Shown piece by piece: positions 37,477 through 46,864 of a DNA stretch of 64,000 nt. Each line of letters starts with the position of its first letter. Position 1 is the first letter of the stretch. Source of the DNA: Candidatus Omnitrophota bacterium (GTDB taxonomy: Bacteria > Omnitrophota > Gorgyraeia > Gygaellales > Profunditerraquicolaceae). The stretch lies in contig JAQURX010000006.1 of the NCBI GenBank assembly GCA_028715415.1, forward strand, positions 8,505-72,504. Reading direction: 5' to 3'. A model generated the notes under the pieces. It searched no databases and was not told where the DNA came from. It saw only the letters and a list, made by a program, of their open reading frames with translations. The position numbers and the translations under genes were made by a program.

Positions 37477-39027
37477 ATGAAAGCACGCTTAATGAAATTG
37501 GTAACTGTTTTTGTATTCCAGTCCTTTTTTCTCCTCGTAGTTTTCTCGTCAGTTTTCGCGCAAGCCGTATCAGATGATATCTCAGCTTTAAAAAATGAAG
37601 TTGATTCCCTGCGAAAAGAATGCCAGCAGTATAAGGAGCTAAACTCTAAATTAGAGTCACGCCTTGAACAGCTGGAAAAAAGAATAAATGCTGTGCAGCC
37701 TAACCTAACAGCATCTTCTGTCTGTAAGATACAAAGCTCCAGAGATTGTATATCTCCTCAGCCTCCGGCTCCTGCAAGAAGCGTAAGCGGGGGAGAAGAA
37801 AGGCAAGGCCCTTTTGGATTATCTAACGATGATATTTTAAAGATTACAAAAGGATTTGAATTTGGAGGCTTTTACAGGGCTGGCTATGGAACTAACGCCC
37901 GCGGTGGAAAAATGGGAGCATTCCAGGCTCCATTAGCACCTGCAAAATACAGGTTAGGCAATGAACAGGATACCTACTTAGAAGCAATATTCGCGCAAAA
38001 CAACTGGAATCCGGACCCCACTGGAGTTGCATTCCGGACCCAGATGCGTGTTTCCTACCAAACGCAGCAGAATAAATCAGAAGATAATACCAATAGCGTA
38101 TGTTTGCGCGAATTATATGCGCAGATGGGGAATTTCATTGATAGCGATCCCGATTTGAAGGTTTGGGCTGGAGAAAGATTCTACCGTCTTCCGGAATTAG
38201 ACCTTAATGATTTTTGGTGGTATGACTTAAGCGGTTACGGCGGAGGTTTTGAAGATATCAGGGTAGGCAATTTAGGAAAATTGGATATCGCTTATATCGG
38301 ATATTCTGATAAAGACGTTAATCTTTCAACTAACCATGGAAGAATTGAAAAGAATAATTTAAGCGCAATTCTTAAACAAGTTAAAGTCCCCGGAGGATTT
38401 GGTACATTTTGGATTAATGGTGGCTATATTAAAGGAGGTAGCTACCAGAGTACCACTTATCCAAGCGTACCGGGAGTTGATTTTGGTTTTATGCATAATA
38501 CTCCCGATGATACTAATAATAACCAGTTTGCTTTTCAGGCAGGTTTTGGTGCTTGTACCTCTTTATCAGCAGGAGGCAATATTCCGACAGCGACCAATGA
38601 TAAGAATTCATGGACAATCCGGCTTACAGATATGTTAACCAGAAGGATTAATAACAGGCTTTCTTTGCAGGCAGATGGTGTTTACCAATTTACTGATACC
38701 GGTTTTGCCACAAACTCAAAGCAAATCTGGGGGAGCTTTGGTATTAGGCCGGTTATCGGAATTACAAAACATTTGGCCTTAGAAATTGAGCCGGGTATTG
38801 ATTACATCAATTCTCCAAGAAATAATTATGATACTTTTCTTATGAAGTTTACTACTGCTCTTCGCCTTGCTCCGGGAACTGATATTGGAAGCCATCCGAG
38901 GTTTAGGCTCTATGCGACTTATGGCAGATGGGGAGATGATTTTAAGGGAGTTCCCATAGGAGGGGAAGGTTACCGTGATAAAACAAATGGTTTAAATTTT
39001 GGAGTTCAGGCAGAGCATTGGTGGTAA
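37477..39027 (+). CDS. Carbohydrate-selective porin (LamB/ScrY family) with N-terminal coiled-coil extension
   Basis: Signal peptide. Heptad coiled coil at about residues 30-75, as in ScrY. The beta-barrel ends ..GVQAEHWW, like the LamB ..MEIWW terminus. Confidence 0.65.
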   Translation: MKARLMKLVTVFVFQSFFLLVVFSSVFAQAVSDDISALKNEVDSLRKECQQYKELNSKLESRLEQLEKRINAVQPNLTASSVCKIQSSRDCISPQPPAPARSVSGGEERQGPFGLSNDDILKITKGFEFGGFYRAGYGTNARGGKMGAFQAPLAPAKYRLGNEQDTYLEAIFAQNNWNPDPTGVAFRTQMRVSYQTQQNKSEDNTNSVCLRELYAQMGNFIDSDPDLKVWAGERFYRLPELDLNDFWWYDLSGYGGGFEDIRVGNLGKLDIAYIGYSDKDVNLSTNHGRIEKNNLSAILKQVKVPGGFGTFWINGGYIKGGSYQSTTYPSVPGVDFGFMHNTPDDTNNNQFAFQAGFGACTSLSAGGNIPTATNDKNSWTIRLTDMLTRRINNRLSLQADGVYQFTDTGFATNSKQIWGSFGIRPVIGITKHLALEIEPGIDYINSPRNNYDTFLMKFTTALRLAPGTDIGSHPRFRLYATYGRWGDDFKGVPIGGEGYRDKTNGLNFGVQAEHWW

Positions 39028-39100
39028 GAGACATATAAGGCACAAGTCACAAGGAACAAGGTCACAAGAATATAGAATTTGATTAATTAAGGAGGAATGT

Positions 39101-40105
39101 ATGCGTAGATTTGTAGGTTTGTTATTTGTTAGTTTATTTTTTGTATTAGCAGCGAATAATCTGGTTTGGGCAAAGCAAATGCGTATCGGTGTTTCACTTC
39201 CTACGCAAAGAGATGAAAGATGGGTAAGAGATGCTGATAAAATGCGGGAGATTGCTAAAGCAGAAAATATCCAGCTTCTTTTACAGGTTTCAGATAATGA
39301 TGCTTCAAAACAAATGTCGCAATGCGAGAATCTGCTTGCTCAAGGAATTGATATTTTAATCTTAGCTCCTCATGATGCAACTAGTGCCGCGGCTATCGTG
39401 GATAATGCGCGCGCAGCAGGTATAAAAGTTATCTCTTATGATCGTTTAGTTTTAAATGCCGATGTTAACCTTTATATTTCTTTTAATAACTTGCAGGTTG
39501 GCCGGCTTCAGGGAGAGTATCTTACAAAAATGGTGCCTAAAGGAAATTATGCCATTTTTGGCGGAGCTCCAACTGATAACAATGCTAAATTATTTAAACA
39601 AGGGGCAATGGAAATTATAAAGCCTTTTGTTGATAAAGGGGATGTTAAAATAGTAATGGAGCAATGGATTACTGATTGGCAGCCGACAGTTGCAATGAAT
39701 TTAATGCAGAATGCGCTTACTATGTCTAATAATAAAATTGACGGAGTTTTAGCGCCTAACGATAATACGGCAGGAGGCATTATTCAGGCTTTAACGCAGG
39801 TCGGCTTAGCAGGCAAGGTTCCTGTTACTGGCCAGGATGCGGAGCTTACCGGAGCACAAAGGATTGTTAAAGGAACCCAGGCAATGACTGTTTTTAAAGA
39901 TACTCGCGCTTTAGCTACAGAGGCAATTCATGCCGCAATAAAAATGGTTAATGGGCAGGACCCCGGTATAACTTCGCACGTCAGTAATAATAAACTTGAA
40001 GTTCCTTCAATTTTACTTACACCTATTGTAGTTGATAAGAATAATATTGATGAAGTCTTGATTAATAGCGGATATTTAAAGAAAGCAGACGTTTATAAAA
40101 AATAG
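39101..40105 (+). CDS. xylF: ABC sugar transporter periplasmic binding protein (XylF/D-xylose-binding-like)
   Basis: Signal peptide. Aligns with E. coli XylF over long stretches (..YISFNNLQVGRLQGEYL .. GNYAIFGGAPTDNNAKLFKQGAMEIIKPFVDKGDVKIV ..). The comparison is recalled, not searched. Confidence 0.8.
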   Translation: MRRFVGLLFVSLFFVLAANNLVWAKQMRIGVSLPTQRDERWVRDADKMREIAKAENIQLLLQVSDNDASKQMSQCENLLAQGIDILILAPHDATSAAAIVDNARAAGIKVISYDRLVLNADVNLYISFNNLQVGRLQGEYLTKMVPKGNYAIFGGAPTDNNAKLFKQGAMEIIKPFVDKGDVKIVMEQWITDWQPTVAMNLMQNALTMSNNKIDGVLAPNDNTAGGIIQALTQVGLAGKVPVTGQDAELTGAQRIVKGTQAMTVFKDTRALATEAIHAAIKMVNGQDPGITSHVSNNKLEVPSILLTPIVVDKNNIDEVLINSGYLKKADVYKK

Positions 40106-40115
40106 AGTTTAAAAT

Positions 40116-41645
40116 ATGAGCGAGTACATCTTAGAAATGAGGGGAATTAATAAAGATTTCCCCGGGGTAAGAGCGCTGGATAATGTTACGTTTAGCGTTC
40201 GGACCGGAGAGATCCATGCTCTTGTCGGTGAGAATGGTGCTGGGAAATCTACACTCATGAAAATTTTAAGCGGGGTGTATCCTGCTGGAACTTATGGCGG
40301 GGATATTATTATTGATGGTAAAGAGCAGTTATTTAGGGCTACCAAAGACAGTGAATCCAGAGGAGTTGCCATTATATATCAGGAACTTGCTCTTGTCAGG
40401 CAAATGAGCATTGCGGAGAATATATTTTTAGGAGATGAAATTGCAAAGTATGGAGTTATCAATTGGGATGTTTCTTATGTCAAGTCGCGCGAGGTGTTAA
40501 TCCTTGTTGGGCTCAATGTAAATCCAGCGCTTCCAATTTCATATTTAGGCGTAGGTGAGCAGCAGTTAGTTGCAATTGCAAAAGCATTGTCTAAGAATGC
40601 AAAGATTCTTGTGTTGGATGAGCCAACCGCATCATTATCCGAAGGAGAAGCTGAAAAGTTATTAGGGATTTTGAAGAATTTAAAAGAAAAAGGGGTAACT
40701 TGTATTTATATTTCACACAGGTTAAAAGAAGTTTTTAATATCGCTGACCGGATTACTATTTTGCGTGATGGCAAAACAGTAGCAACGCATAATAAAACTG
40801 ATCTAAATGAGAATAAATTAATTGCGTTAATGGTTGGCAGGGAGTTAACTAATATTTATCCGCGCAAGTCTCATGCTTTGGATGGAGTGCTTCTTGAAAT
40901 AAAGAATTGGACAGTATTTGATCCAGCGATTAATAAAACAATCGCTGATGTTAATCTAACTTTACGAAAAGGTGAGGTATTGGGTATTACCGGCTTGGTA
41001 GGAGCAGGGCGCACAGAATTGATGATGAGCTTGTTTAATGTTTGGGGGCGTGTAATTTCCGGTAAGATCTTTCTTGAGGGTAAGCAGTTAAGATTGCGCG
41101 ACGCAAGAGACGCGATAAACGCAGGGATAAGCCTTGCTTCAGAAGATAGGAAGCGTTTTGGGCTTGTGCTTGAGGAAGATGTAAAAAAGAATATTTCGCT
41201 AGCCAGCCTTGAGAGAATATCTAATCATAGCATCGTTAATCAGAATGAAGAGGTGAGGTCTGCCGAGCAATATGTAACCGAATTAAAGATCAAGACTCCT
41301 TCTATTGAGCAGAAAGCGGGAAATTTAAGCGGCGGAAATCAGCAAAAAGTTGTCATCGGCAAATGGCTGATGACGTTGCCTAAAGTATTAATACTTGATG
41401 AGCCTACCCGCGGCATTGACGTGGGGGCCAAGTCCGAAATATATAACATTATCAATGAATTAGTGGATAAGGGCGTTGGAGTCATTGTTATTTCTTCGGA
41501 TCTTCCGGAGGTTTTAGGGATAAGTGACCGGGTTTTGATCATGCATGAAGGTAGGTTTAGCGGAGAGCTTATGATTGAAGAAGCAACGCAGGAAAAAATA
41601 ATGTTTTTTGCTACAGGAGGAAGTTATAGCCATGGAGAAAGATAA
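40116..41645 (+). CDS. xylG: ABC sugar transporter ATPase with duplicated ABC domains (XylG-like)
   Basis: 509 aa. Two Walker A/LSGG sets. LEMRGINKDFPGVRALDNV resembles the XylG N-terminus. Confidence 0.88.
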   Translation: MSEYILEMRGINKDFPGVRALDNVTFSVRTGEIHALVGENGAGKSTLMKILSGVYPAGTYGGDIIIDGKEQLFRATKDSESRGVAIIYQELALVRQMSIAENIFLGDEIAKYGVINWDVSYVKSREVLILVGLNVNPALPISYLGVGEQQLVAIAKALSKNAKILVLDEPTASLSEGEAEKLLGILKNLKEKGVTCIYISHRLKEVFNIADRITILRDGKTVATHNKTDLNENKLIALMVGRELTNIYPRKSHALDGVLLEIKNWTVFDPAINKTIADVNLTLRKGEVLGITGLVGAGRTELMMSLFNVWGRVISGKIFLEGKQLRLRDARDAINAGISLASEDRKRFGLVLEEDVKKNISLASLERISNHSIVNQNEEVRSAEQYVTELKIKTPSIEQKAGNLSGGNQQKVVIGKWLMTLPKVLILDEPTRGIDVGAKSEIYNIINELVDKGVGVIVISSDLPEVLGISDRVLIMHEGRFSGELMIEEATQEKIMFFATGGSYSHGER

Positions 41646-42783
41646 GAAGACATATCTAAAAACGCTTTTTTCCGGAAATATCAGGCAATATACAATGCTT
41701 ATAGCTCTTATTGGTATCTGGCTGATTTTTTCCGTTCTTACCAAGGGAGTTTTTATTTCTCCGCGTAATCTTTCCAATTTGTTTTTGCAGTCAGTTGCTG
41801 TGGCTATTGTTGCTGTCGGGATGACTTTTATAATTGTAACAAGAAATATTGATTTATCTGTTGGTTCTGTTGCGGCATTTACCGGAGCGGTAGCTGCTTT
41901 CTTGCAGGTAAAGCTCGGTTGGCCCACGGGATTTGCCCTACTTGCTTCGGTTTTGTCGGGTTTGCTCATCGGCGTTTGGCATGGTTTCTGGTCGGGATAC
42001 CGGCTTGTTCCTTCATTTATCGTTACTTTGGCTAGTATGATGATTTTTCGCGGTGCGGTTTTAGGGATTACTAAAGGTGAAACCATCGCCCCGCTTTCCG
42101 ATACTTTTAGGCTTATCGGCCAGCATTATCTTTCGCATAAGTTTAGTATTGCCGTAGGAGTATTGACAATAATTTGTTTTATAATTTATGATTTGAACCG
42201 CAGGAGGCAGAGAGTTAAATATGGTTTTGCGGTTTCTTCAATATTCCGTCAAAGCTTAAGAATATTATTTGTTGTGGCAGCGATTGTAGCATTTTTTACT
42301 ATTCTTATCTCAAACCGTGGAGTTCCTTACTCAGTTTTGTTGCTTATGCTTTTAGCTTTTATCTTCCATTTTATTGCCAAGAATACAGTCTTTGGCAGGC
42401 AGCTTTATGCAATAGGAGGAAACCCTGACGCAGCTACTCTTTCAGGTGTTAATATTAATAAAAAAATCATGTTCATGTTTATGATTTTTGGAGTAATAAC
42501 CGCTGTTTCAGGGATTGTTTTGACTTCTCGTCTTAACGCAGCTACAACTTCTGCCGGACAAGGCATGGAATTGGATGTGATTGCTGCAGTTGTTATCGGA
42601 GGCACAAGCCTTTTAGGCGGAGAGGGCACGGTTTTAGGTTCGGTAATTGGAGCTCTCATTATGGCCAGCCTTGATAATGGGATGAGCCTTATGGATACTG
42701 AAATTACCTACCAGTATATAATCAAGGGCATGATTCTTCTTTTGGCTGTTTGGATGGATATTGCTACAAAAAAAAGAACATAA
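41632..42783 (+). CDS. xylH: ABC sugar transporter permease (XylH-like)
   Basis: AGGAGG RBS then ATG at 41632, overlapping the ATPase 3' end. About 10 TM helices of the branched-chain/monosaccharide permease family. Confidence 0.82.
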   Translation: MEKDKKTYLKTLFSGNIRQYTMLIALIGIWLIFSVLTKGVFISPRNLSNLFLQSVAVAIVAVGMTFIIVTRNIDLSVGSVAAFTGAVAAFLQVKLGWPTGFALLASVLSGLLIGVWHGFWSGYRLVPSFIVTLASMMIFRGAVLGITKGETIAPLSDTFRLIGQHYLSHKFSIAVGVLTIICFIIYDLNRRRQRVKYGFAVSSIFRQSLRILFVVAAIVAFFTILISNRGVPYSVLLLMLLAFIFHFIAKNTVFGRQLYAIGGNPDAATLSGVNINKKIMFMFMIFGVITAVSGIVLTSRLNAATTSAGQGMELDVIAAVVIGGTSLLGGEGTVLGSVIGALIMASLDNGMSLMDTEITYQYIIKGMILLLAVWMDIATKKRT

Positions 42784-42797
42784 GTTAAAGGATATAT

Positions 42798-43181
42798 ATG
42801 AAGCGAAAGCTTGGGTTTTCAATAATTTTCCTATGTTTGGCATTAGTTTTTTCTTTAAGAGCTTTAGCGCAGGAAGAAATGGCTGTTAATAGCTTGCAAA
42901 GCGAAAAGAAGCGTAAGCAAGAAGCAGTCGGGAAGCTGCGCAAAGAATTACAACAAAAGATTAAAGCCTACCAACAGGAAGAGCAGCAATTATATCATCA
43001 GGTTAAGCTGGCCATGGACAAAGTAAGTGAGTTAAAGAAAGAATTTCGTTTGATGCGCCAGAAGCATAGGCAGTATATTCTTATAGAACGCGAGAAGATC
43101 AAATTTGCTAATCAGGGGACGCGCGCAGAATTGCCTGATCCCAATAAGACATGGAAACAGCTTAATAAACAACAGCAATAA
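42798..43181 (+). CDS. Secreted coiled-coil protein, hypothetical
   Basis: Signal peptide, then a Q/K/E-rich heptad sequence. 127 aa. Confidence 0.5.
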   Translation: MKRKLGFSIIFLCLALVFSLRALAQEEMAVNSLQSEKKRKQEAVGKLRKELQQKIKAYQQEEQQLYHQVKLAMDKVSELKKEFRLMRQKHRQYILIEREKIKFANQGTRAELPDPNKTWKQLNKQQQ

Positions 43182-43210
43182 ATTTTTTCTGCTTTCGGCC
43201 GATTTTTTTA

Positions 43211-43243
43211 GGACCCTTACGCTGTCTGCGTAAGGGTCTTTTA
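43211..43243 (+). terminator. Rho-independent terminator
   Basis: GACCCTTACGC-tgtc-TGCGTAAGGGTC followed by TTTT. Confidence 0.75.
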
Positions 43244-43317
43244 GAATAGATATAAAGGTGTTGCAGGGAATTTTCCTTTGGAGTAGAATAAATAGTATTG
43301 ATTAAAGGAGAGCTTAA

Positions 43318-43704
43318 ATGGCTAAAGAGGTAAGAGAGCGTAGAAAATACCCAAGGGCTAGTTTAAAATATAAGATAAATATTATCTGCGAAGGAACGGT
43401 TGTTTCAGGCAGGCCGAAGGATTACATATTCCATGCTTATACCGAGAATTTGAGCGAAGGGGGCATAAGGGTAATCTTAGAAAAGGAATTAAGCAAAGCT
43501 TCTATAGTAAGGTTAGAATTATTTATTACAAGTAAAAAGACTGCTCCGATTGTTTCGGATGGGCTTGTAATATGGACTAAAAAAGTAAATCCTGATGGCA
43601 CTAAACCGGATTTATTTAATACAGGCATACAGTTTATTGGCCTTGGTGAGATTGAGCAGAAGATTATACGTGGAGTAGTCCAGCATTGCCTTCAGCAGGA
43701 ATGA
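43318..43704 (+). CDS. PilZ-domain c-di-GMP-binding protein
   Basis: RERRKYPRASL (RxxxR) and TENLSEGGI (DxSxGG-type) PilZ motifs. Confidence 0.7.
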   Translation: MAKEVRERRKYPRASLKYKINIICEGTVVSGRPKDYIFHAYTENLSEGGIRVILEKELSKASIVRLELFITSKKTAPIVSDGLVIWTKKVNPDGTKPDLFNTGIQFIGLGEIEQKIIRGVVQHCLQQE

Positions 43705-43731
43705 ATTCTTTAATAAATAATAAGAGGTATA

Positions 43732-44457
43732 ATGAAAGTGTATAGGGATTTTAAGAATGGTTATTCTTTGAAGCATATTTTTTCTTTGTTGGTATTTTTT
43801 TGCTTCTTCTGTTTAAGAAATATTCCTGCCGCAGAGGTCCCTTTAGAAAAGATTATTTATGATATCAGTCCTATTGGCTATTCTGATTATCAAGATTTTG
43901 GTTTGGTGCCTTTTAGTGGCAGCAAAGCCAATCTGGTAATATTTAAAACAAGTGTTGCTGGTTTTGATGATACGGAGAGGATTTACAGCCATGCGGTTTC
44001 CGGGTTGCCTCTTAAGGTTGAGCGGGACGTTTCTATGTGGTTTCATAAGGAAAATATAGTAGAAGATTATTCTCCTAGTGATAATAAGGTAGAAATAACG
44101 AAATTTGAAAGCGGCAAGGAAACCGAAAAACATATATTTAAGAGTGATAGCGGGCCTATTAATAACGGTGTTTTGCTCCCGTTTTCTCTGCGTAAAGTGC
44201 CTAATCTTAAGATAGGCTGGTCAACTGAGATTAGGCTTCCTGAAAAATTTACAGTAAAGCTTGTTTCTAAGGAGGAAATTGAAGTTCCCGCTGGAAAATT
44301 TAAAACACTGTATTTTACAAGTACTCCGCATAAATTTGATATCTGGATCAGCGATGATGATTTGCGTCTTCCTGTAAAAATCCGCGGGGATGGGGTCTTT
44401 TCGTATACTCTGTCCATGAAAGAACGCATTACAGAATCAAAGAAAGAAAACAATTGA
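43732..44457 (+). CDS. Exported hypothetical protein
   Basis: Signal peptide. 241 aa with no recognised domain. Confidence 0.45.
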   Translation: MKVYRDFKNGYSLKHIFSLLVFFCFFCLRNIPAAEVPLEKIIYDISPIGYSDYQDFGLVPFSGSKANLVIFKTSVAGFDDTERIYSHAVSGLPLKVERDVSMWFHKENIVEDYSPSDNKVEITKFESGKETEKHIFKSDSGPINNGVLLPFSLRKVPNLKIGWSTEIRLPEKFTVKLVSKEEIEVPAGKFKTLYFTSTPHKFDIWISDDDLRLPVKIRGDGVFSYTLSMKERITESKKENN

Positions 44458-44918
44458 AGTGGAAGATTAAGAAGGTTTTAGTTAAGTTACTGCGGTTAAA
44501 TAACACCCCGCATGAAATTGCACTCGGAGTTGCGCTTGGAGTTTTTATCGCAATAATGCCGCTTTATGGCTTGCATACGGTAATGGTTGTTATCGCGGCA
44601 ATCCTTGTCAAGAAATCTAACAAAATTGCGATTTTGCTTGGGACGAATATTTCTCTTCCTCCAACAGTTCCTTTTATTACTTGGGCAGGGTATGAGATTG
44701 GGAAGTTTATTTTAAGAGACGACTTGCCTTCCTTGGCATGGTCTGATTTTAAGGGCATTACTTTCAAAAAAATAGCCGATCTTTATCCGCCTTTATTTTT
44801 AGGTAGCATAGTCTTAGGATTGGTTTGCGCGGTGATTTTTTATTTTCTGACTTATTTTATCATTAAAAGCGTTATGAAAAGAAGATACAACAAAAAACAA
44901 GGAGGGTTGAATGGGTAG
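44454..44918 (+). CDS. DUF2062-family membrane protein
   Basis: PHEIALGVALGVFIAIMPLYGLHTV matches the DUF2062 signature. ATGA overlap with the upstream gene. Confidence 0.6.
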   Translation: MKWKIKKVLVKLLRLNNTPHEIALGVALGVFIAIMPLYGLHTVMVVIAAILVKKSNKIAILLGTNISLPPTVPFITWAGYEIGKFILRDDLPSLAWSDFKGITFKKIADLYPPLFLGSIVLGLVCAVIFYFLTYFIIKSVMKRRYNKKQGGLNG

Positions 44919-45330
44919 GTTTATTAGTACGCTGGGAGTATTATTTGTTTTGTCCTGTATGTTCAATTGTTCAGCTTATTCGCAGGAAGTTCTAGTTGTG
45001 CCAAACTCTGCGGTAAGTATGCAAAAGGCAGCAACCAAATCGGTTGATGTTAATAAAGACGGTAAACCTGATATTGTGTATCATAGCTCTGATGGCAAGA
45101 AGATTGATAAAATAGAAGCTGATACCAATTACGATGGGAAGGTTGATGTAGTAGTCAATGTTTTTGAAGGAAAGTTCATGTCAGCTGATGTTGATGAGAA
45201 CCACGATGGAAAGATGGATAAAAAAATCACCAAAGAGAGCGAATACGTGCAATGGCTGAATAAAAATAATTCTGATTTTTCTGATTCATTGTACCGGCCG
45301 AATTGGGAATTTGGAATGGTTACTTTCTAG
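44911..45330 (+). CDS. Secreted protein with three EF-hand-like D-x-D/N-x-DGK Ca-binding loops
   Basis: Signal peptide. DVNKDGKPD, DTNYDGKVD and DENHDGKMD. Confidence 0.5.
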   Translation: MGRFISTLGVLFVLSCMFNCSAYSQEVLVVPNSAVSMQKAATKSVDVNKDGKPDIVYHSSDGKKIDKIEADTNYDGKVDVVVNVFEGKFMSADVDENHDGKMDKKITKESEYVQWLNKNNSDFSDSLYRPNWEFGMVTF

Positions 45331-45338
45331 GTTTTTAT

Positions 45339-45704
45339 ATGAAGACAATACTGGTTGCAGAAGATGACCCGATTAATATGCAGCTAACCTCTGATTATCT
45401 CCAGTTTAACGGGTTTAATGTTTTAAAATGCTCAGATGGCAAGGATGCCTTGGAGGCTCTAAAACAAACTACTCCAGACCTTATAATCCTTGATATGAAT
45501 ATGCCTGGATTAAACGGGTTTGAAGTTTTTAAATTGATTAAGCAGGATAACTCGTTAAAGGGTATTAAGGTTGTTGCAGTTTCCGCTTCGGTAATGAAAG
45601 AAGATGAGAAAAAAGTAAGGCTTGCAGGTTTTGATGATTTTATTCCGAAGCCTTATGATTTAAAGAGTTTCCTTGTTAAAATTAAAAATCTCTCCGGAGA
45701 GTAA
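45339..45704 (+). CDS. Single-domain response regulator (CheY-like)
   Basis: MKTILVAEDDP ... LIILDMNMPGLNG ... receiver motifs. ATG at 45339 chosen over the overlapping upstream ATG at 45303. Confidence 0.75.
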   Translation: MKTILVAEDDPINMQLTSDYLQFNGFNVLKCSDGKDALEALKQTTPDLIILDMNMPGLNGFEVFKLIKQDNSLKGIKVVAVSASVMKEDEKKVRLAGFDDFIPKPYDLKSFLVKIKNLSGE

Positions 45705-45706
45705 TC

Positions 45707-46846
45707 ATGTGGGGAAATCAAAAAAGTAAATTGCAAATTGAAAAGGACTATCGTACCCTTGTTGAGGACGCGAATAGCATTATTTTGCGAATGGACGTGA
45801 AAGGAAATATTACTTTCTTTAATAATTTTGCGCAGAAATTCTTCGGGTTTAAAGAAGAAGATATCTTGGGGAAAAACGTGATAGGTTCGATTGTCCCTTT
45901 GAAGGATACATCCGGGCAGGACCTTACAAAAATGATTGACGATATAATGATCCATCCTGAGCGCTACGTTAATAACGAGAATGAAAATATGCTTTCAAAC
46001 GGCAGCCGGGTTTGGATTGCTTGGACTAATAGGGCTATTGTTGATAGTAATAAGCGCCTTAAAGAAATACTCTGCATTGGAAATGATATTACGAGGCTTA
46101 AAGAGGCAGAGGTAGAAATATTAAACGCGAAAGAAGCAGCAGAGGCGGCAAATAAGACAAAGAGCGCATTTTTAGCGAATATGTCGCACGAATTAAGGAC
46201 CCCGCTTAATGGGGTAATCGGTTTTTCAGAAATGATGAAGGATCAGGTGATCGGCCCGGTTAATGAAAAACAGAAGGAGTATCTTGGTTTAATTAACGAG
46301 AGTGGCAAGCATCTTCTTTCTTTGATAAACGATATTCTTGATTTGTCTAAAGTTGAAGCAGGCAAGATGGAGCTGGATTTAAGTGAATTTGATTTAAAAG
46401 AGCTTCTCAAGAACAGTTCTCTATTTGTAAAAGATAAAATGAGGGAGCATCAGATTAATTTTTCTGAAACCATTAATGATGATATCGGATTAATTGTTGC
46501 TGATGAGAGGAAAATTAAGCAAATAATATTCAATCTTTTCTCCAATGCATTGAAGTTTACTCCGGATGGGCGCAATATTGGTATTGAAGCCAAAAAGACC
46601 AATGAGAATGAAGTCTTAGCTTGTGTATGGGATAATGGTATAGGCATTGAAGAAAAAGACAAGAAAAAAGTTTTCTCGGAATTTGAGCAGATAGACAGTG
46701 AATATTCACGTAAATATTCTGGAACCGGTTTAGGTATGCCTTTAAGCAAAAAGTTCGTTGAGATGCATGGTGGAAAGATGTGGTTTGAGAGTGAAGGTAA
46801 AGACAAAGGAACAAAGTTTTATTTTACCCTGCCAGTTAAAAAATAA
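45707..46846 (+). CDS. Cytoplasmic PAS-domain sensor histidine kinase
   Basis: Starts 3 nt after the response-regulator stop. PAS fold, H-box MSHELRTPLNGV, N/G1/G2 ATPase boxes, no TM. Confidence 0.85.
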   Translation: MWGNQKSKLQIEKDYRTLVEDANSIILRMDVKGNITFFNNFAQKFFGFKEEDILGKNVIGSIVPLKDTSGQDLTKMIDDIMIHPERYVNNENENMLSNGSRVWIAWTNRAIVDSNKRLKEILCIGNDITRLKEAEVEILNAKEAAEAANKTKSAFLANMSHELRTPLNGVIGFSEMMKDQVIGPVNEKQKEYLGLINESGKHLLSLINDILDLSKVEAGKMELDLSEFDLKELLKNSSLFVKDKMREHQINFSETINDDIGLIVADERKIKQIIFNLFSNALKFTPDGRNIGIEAKKTNENEVLACVWDNGIGIEEKDKKKVFSEFEQIDSEYSRKYSGTGLGMPLSKKFVEMHGGKMWFESEGKDKGTKFYFTLPVKK

Positions 46847-46864
46847 AAACAAGGAGTTGTAAAA

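Noticed and set aside
41514-42086. 190-aa minus-strand ORF
   Set aside because: Antisense to the xylG/xylH junction with no independent support.
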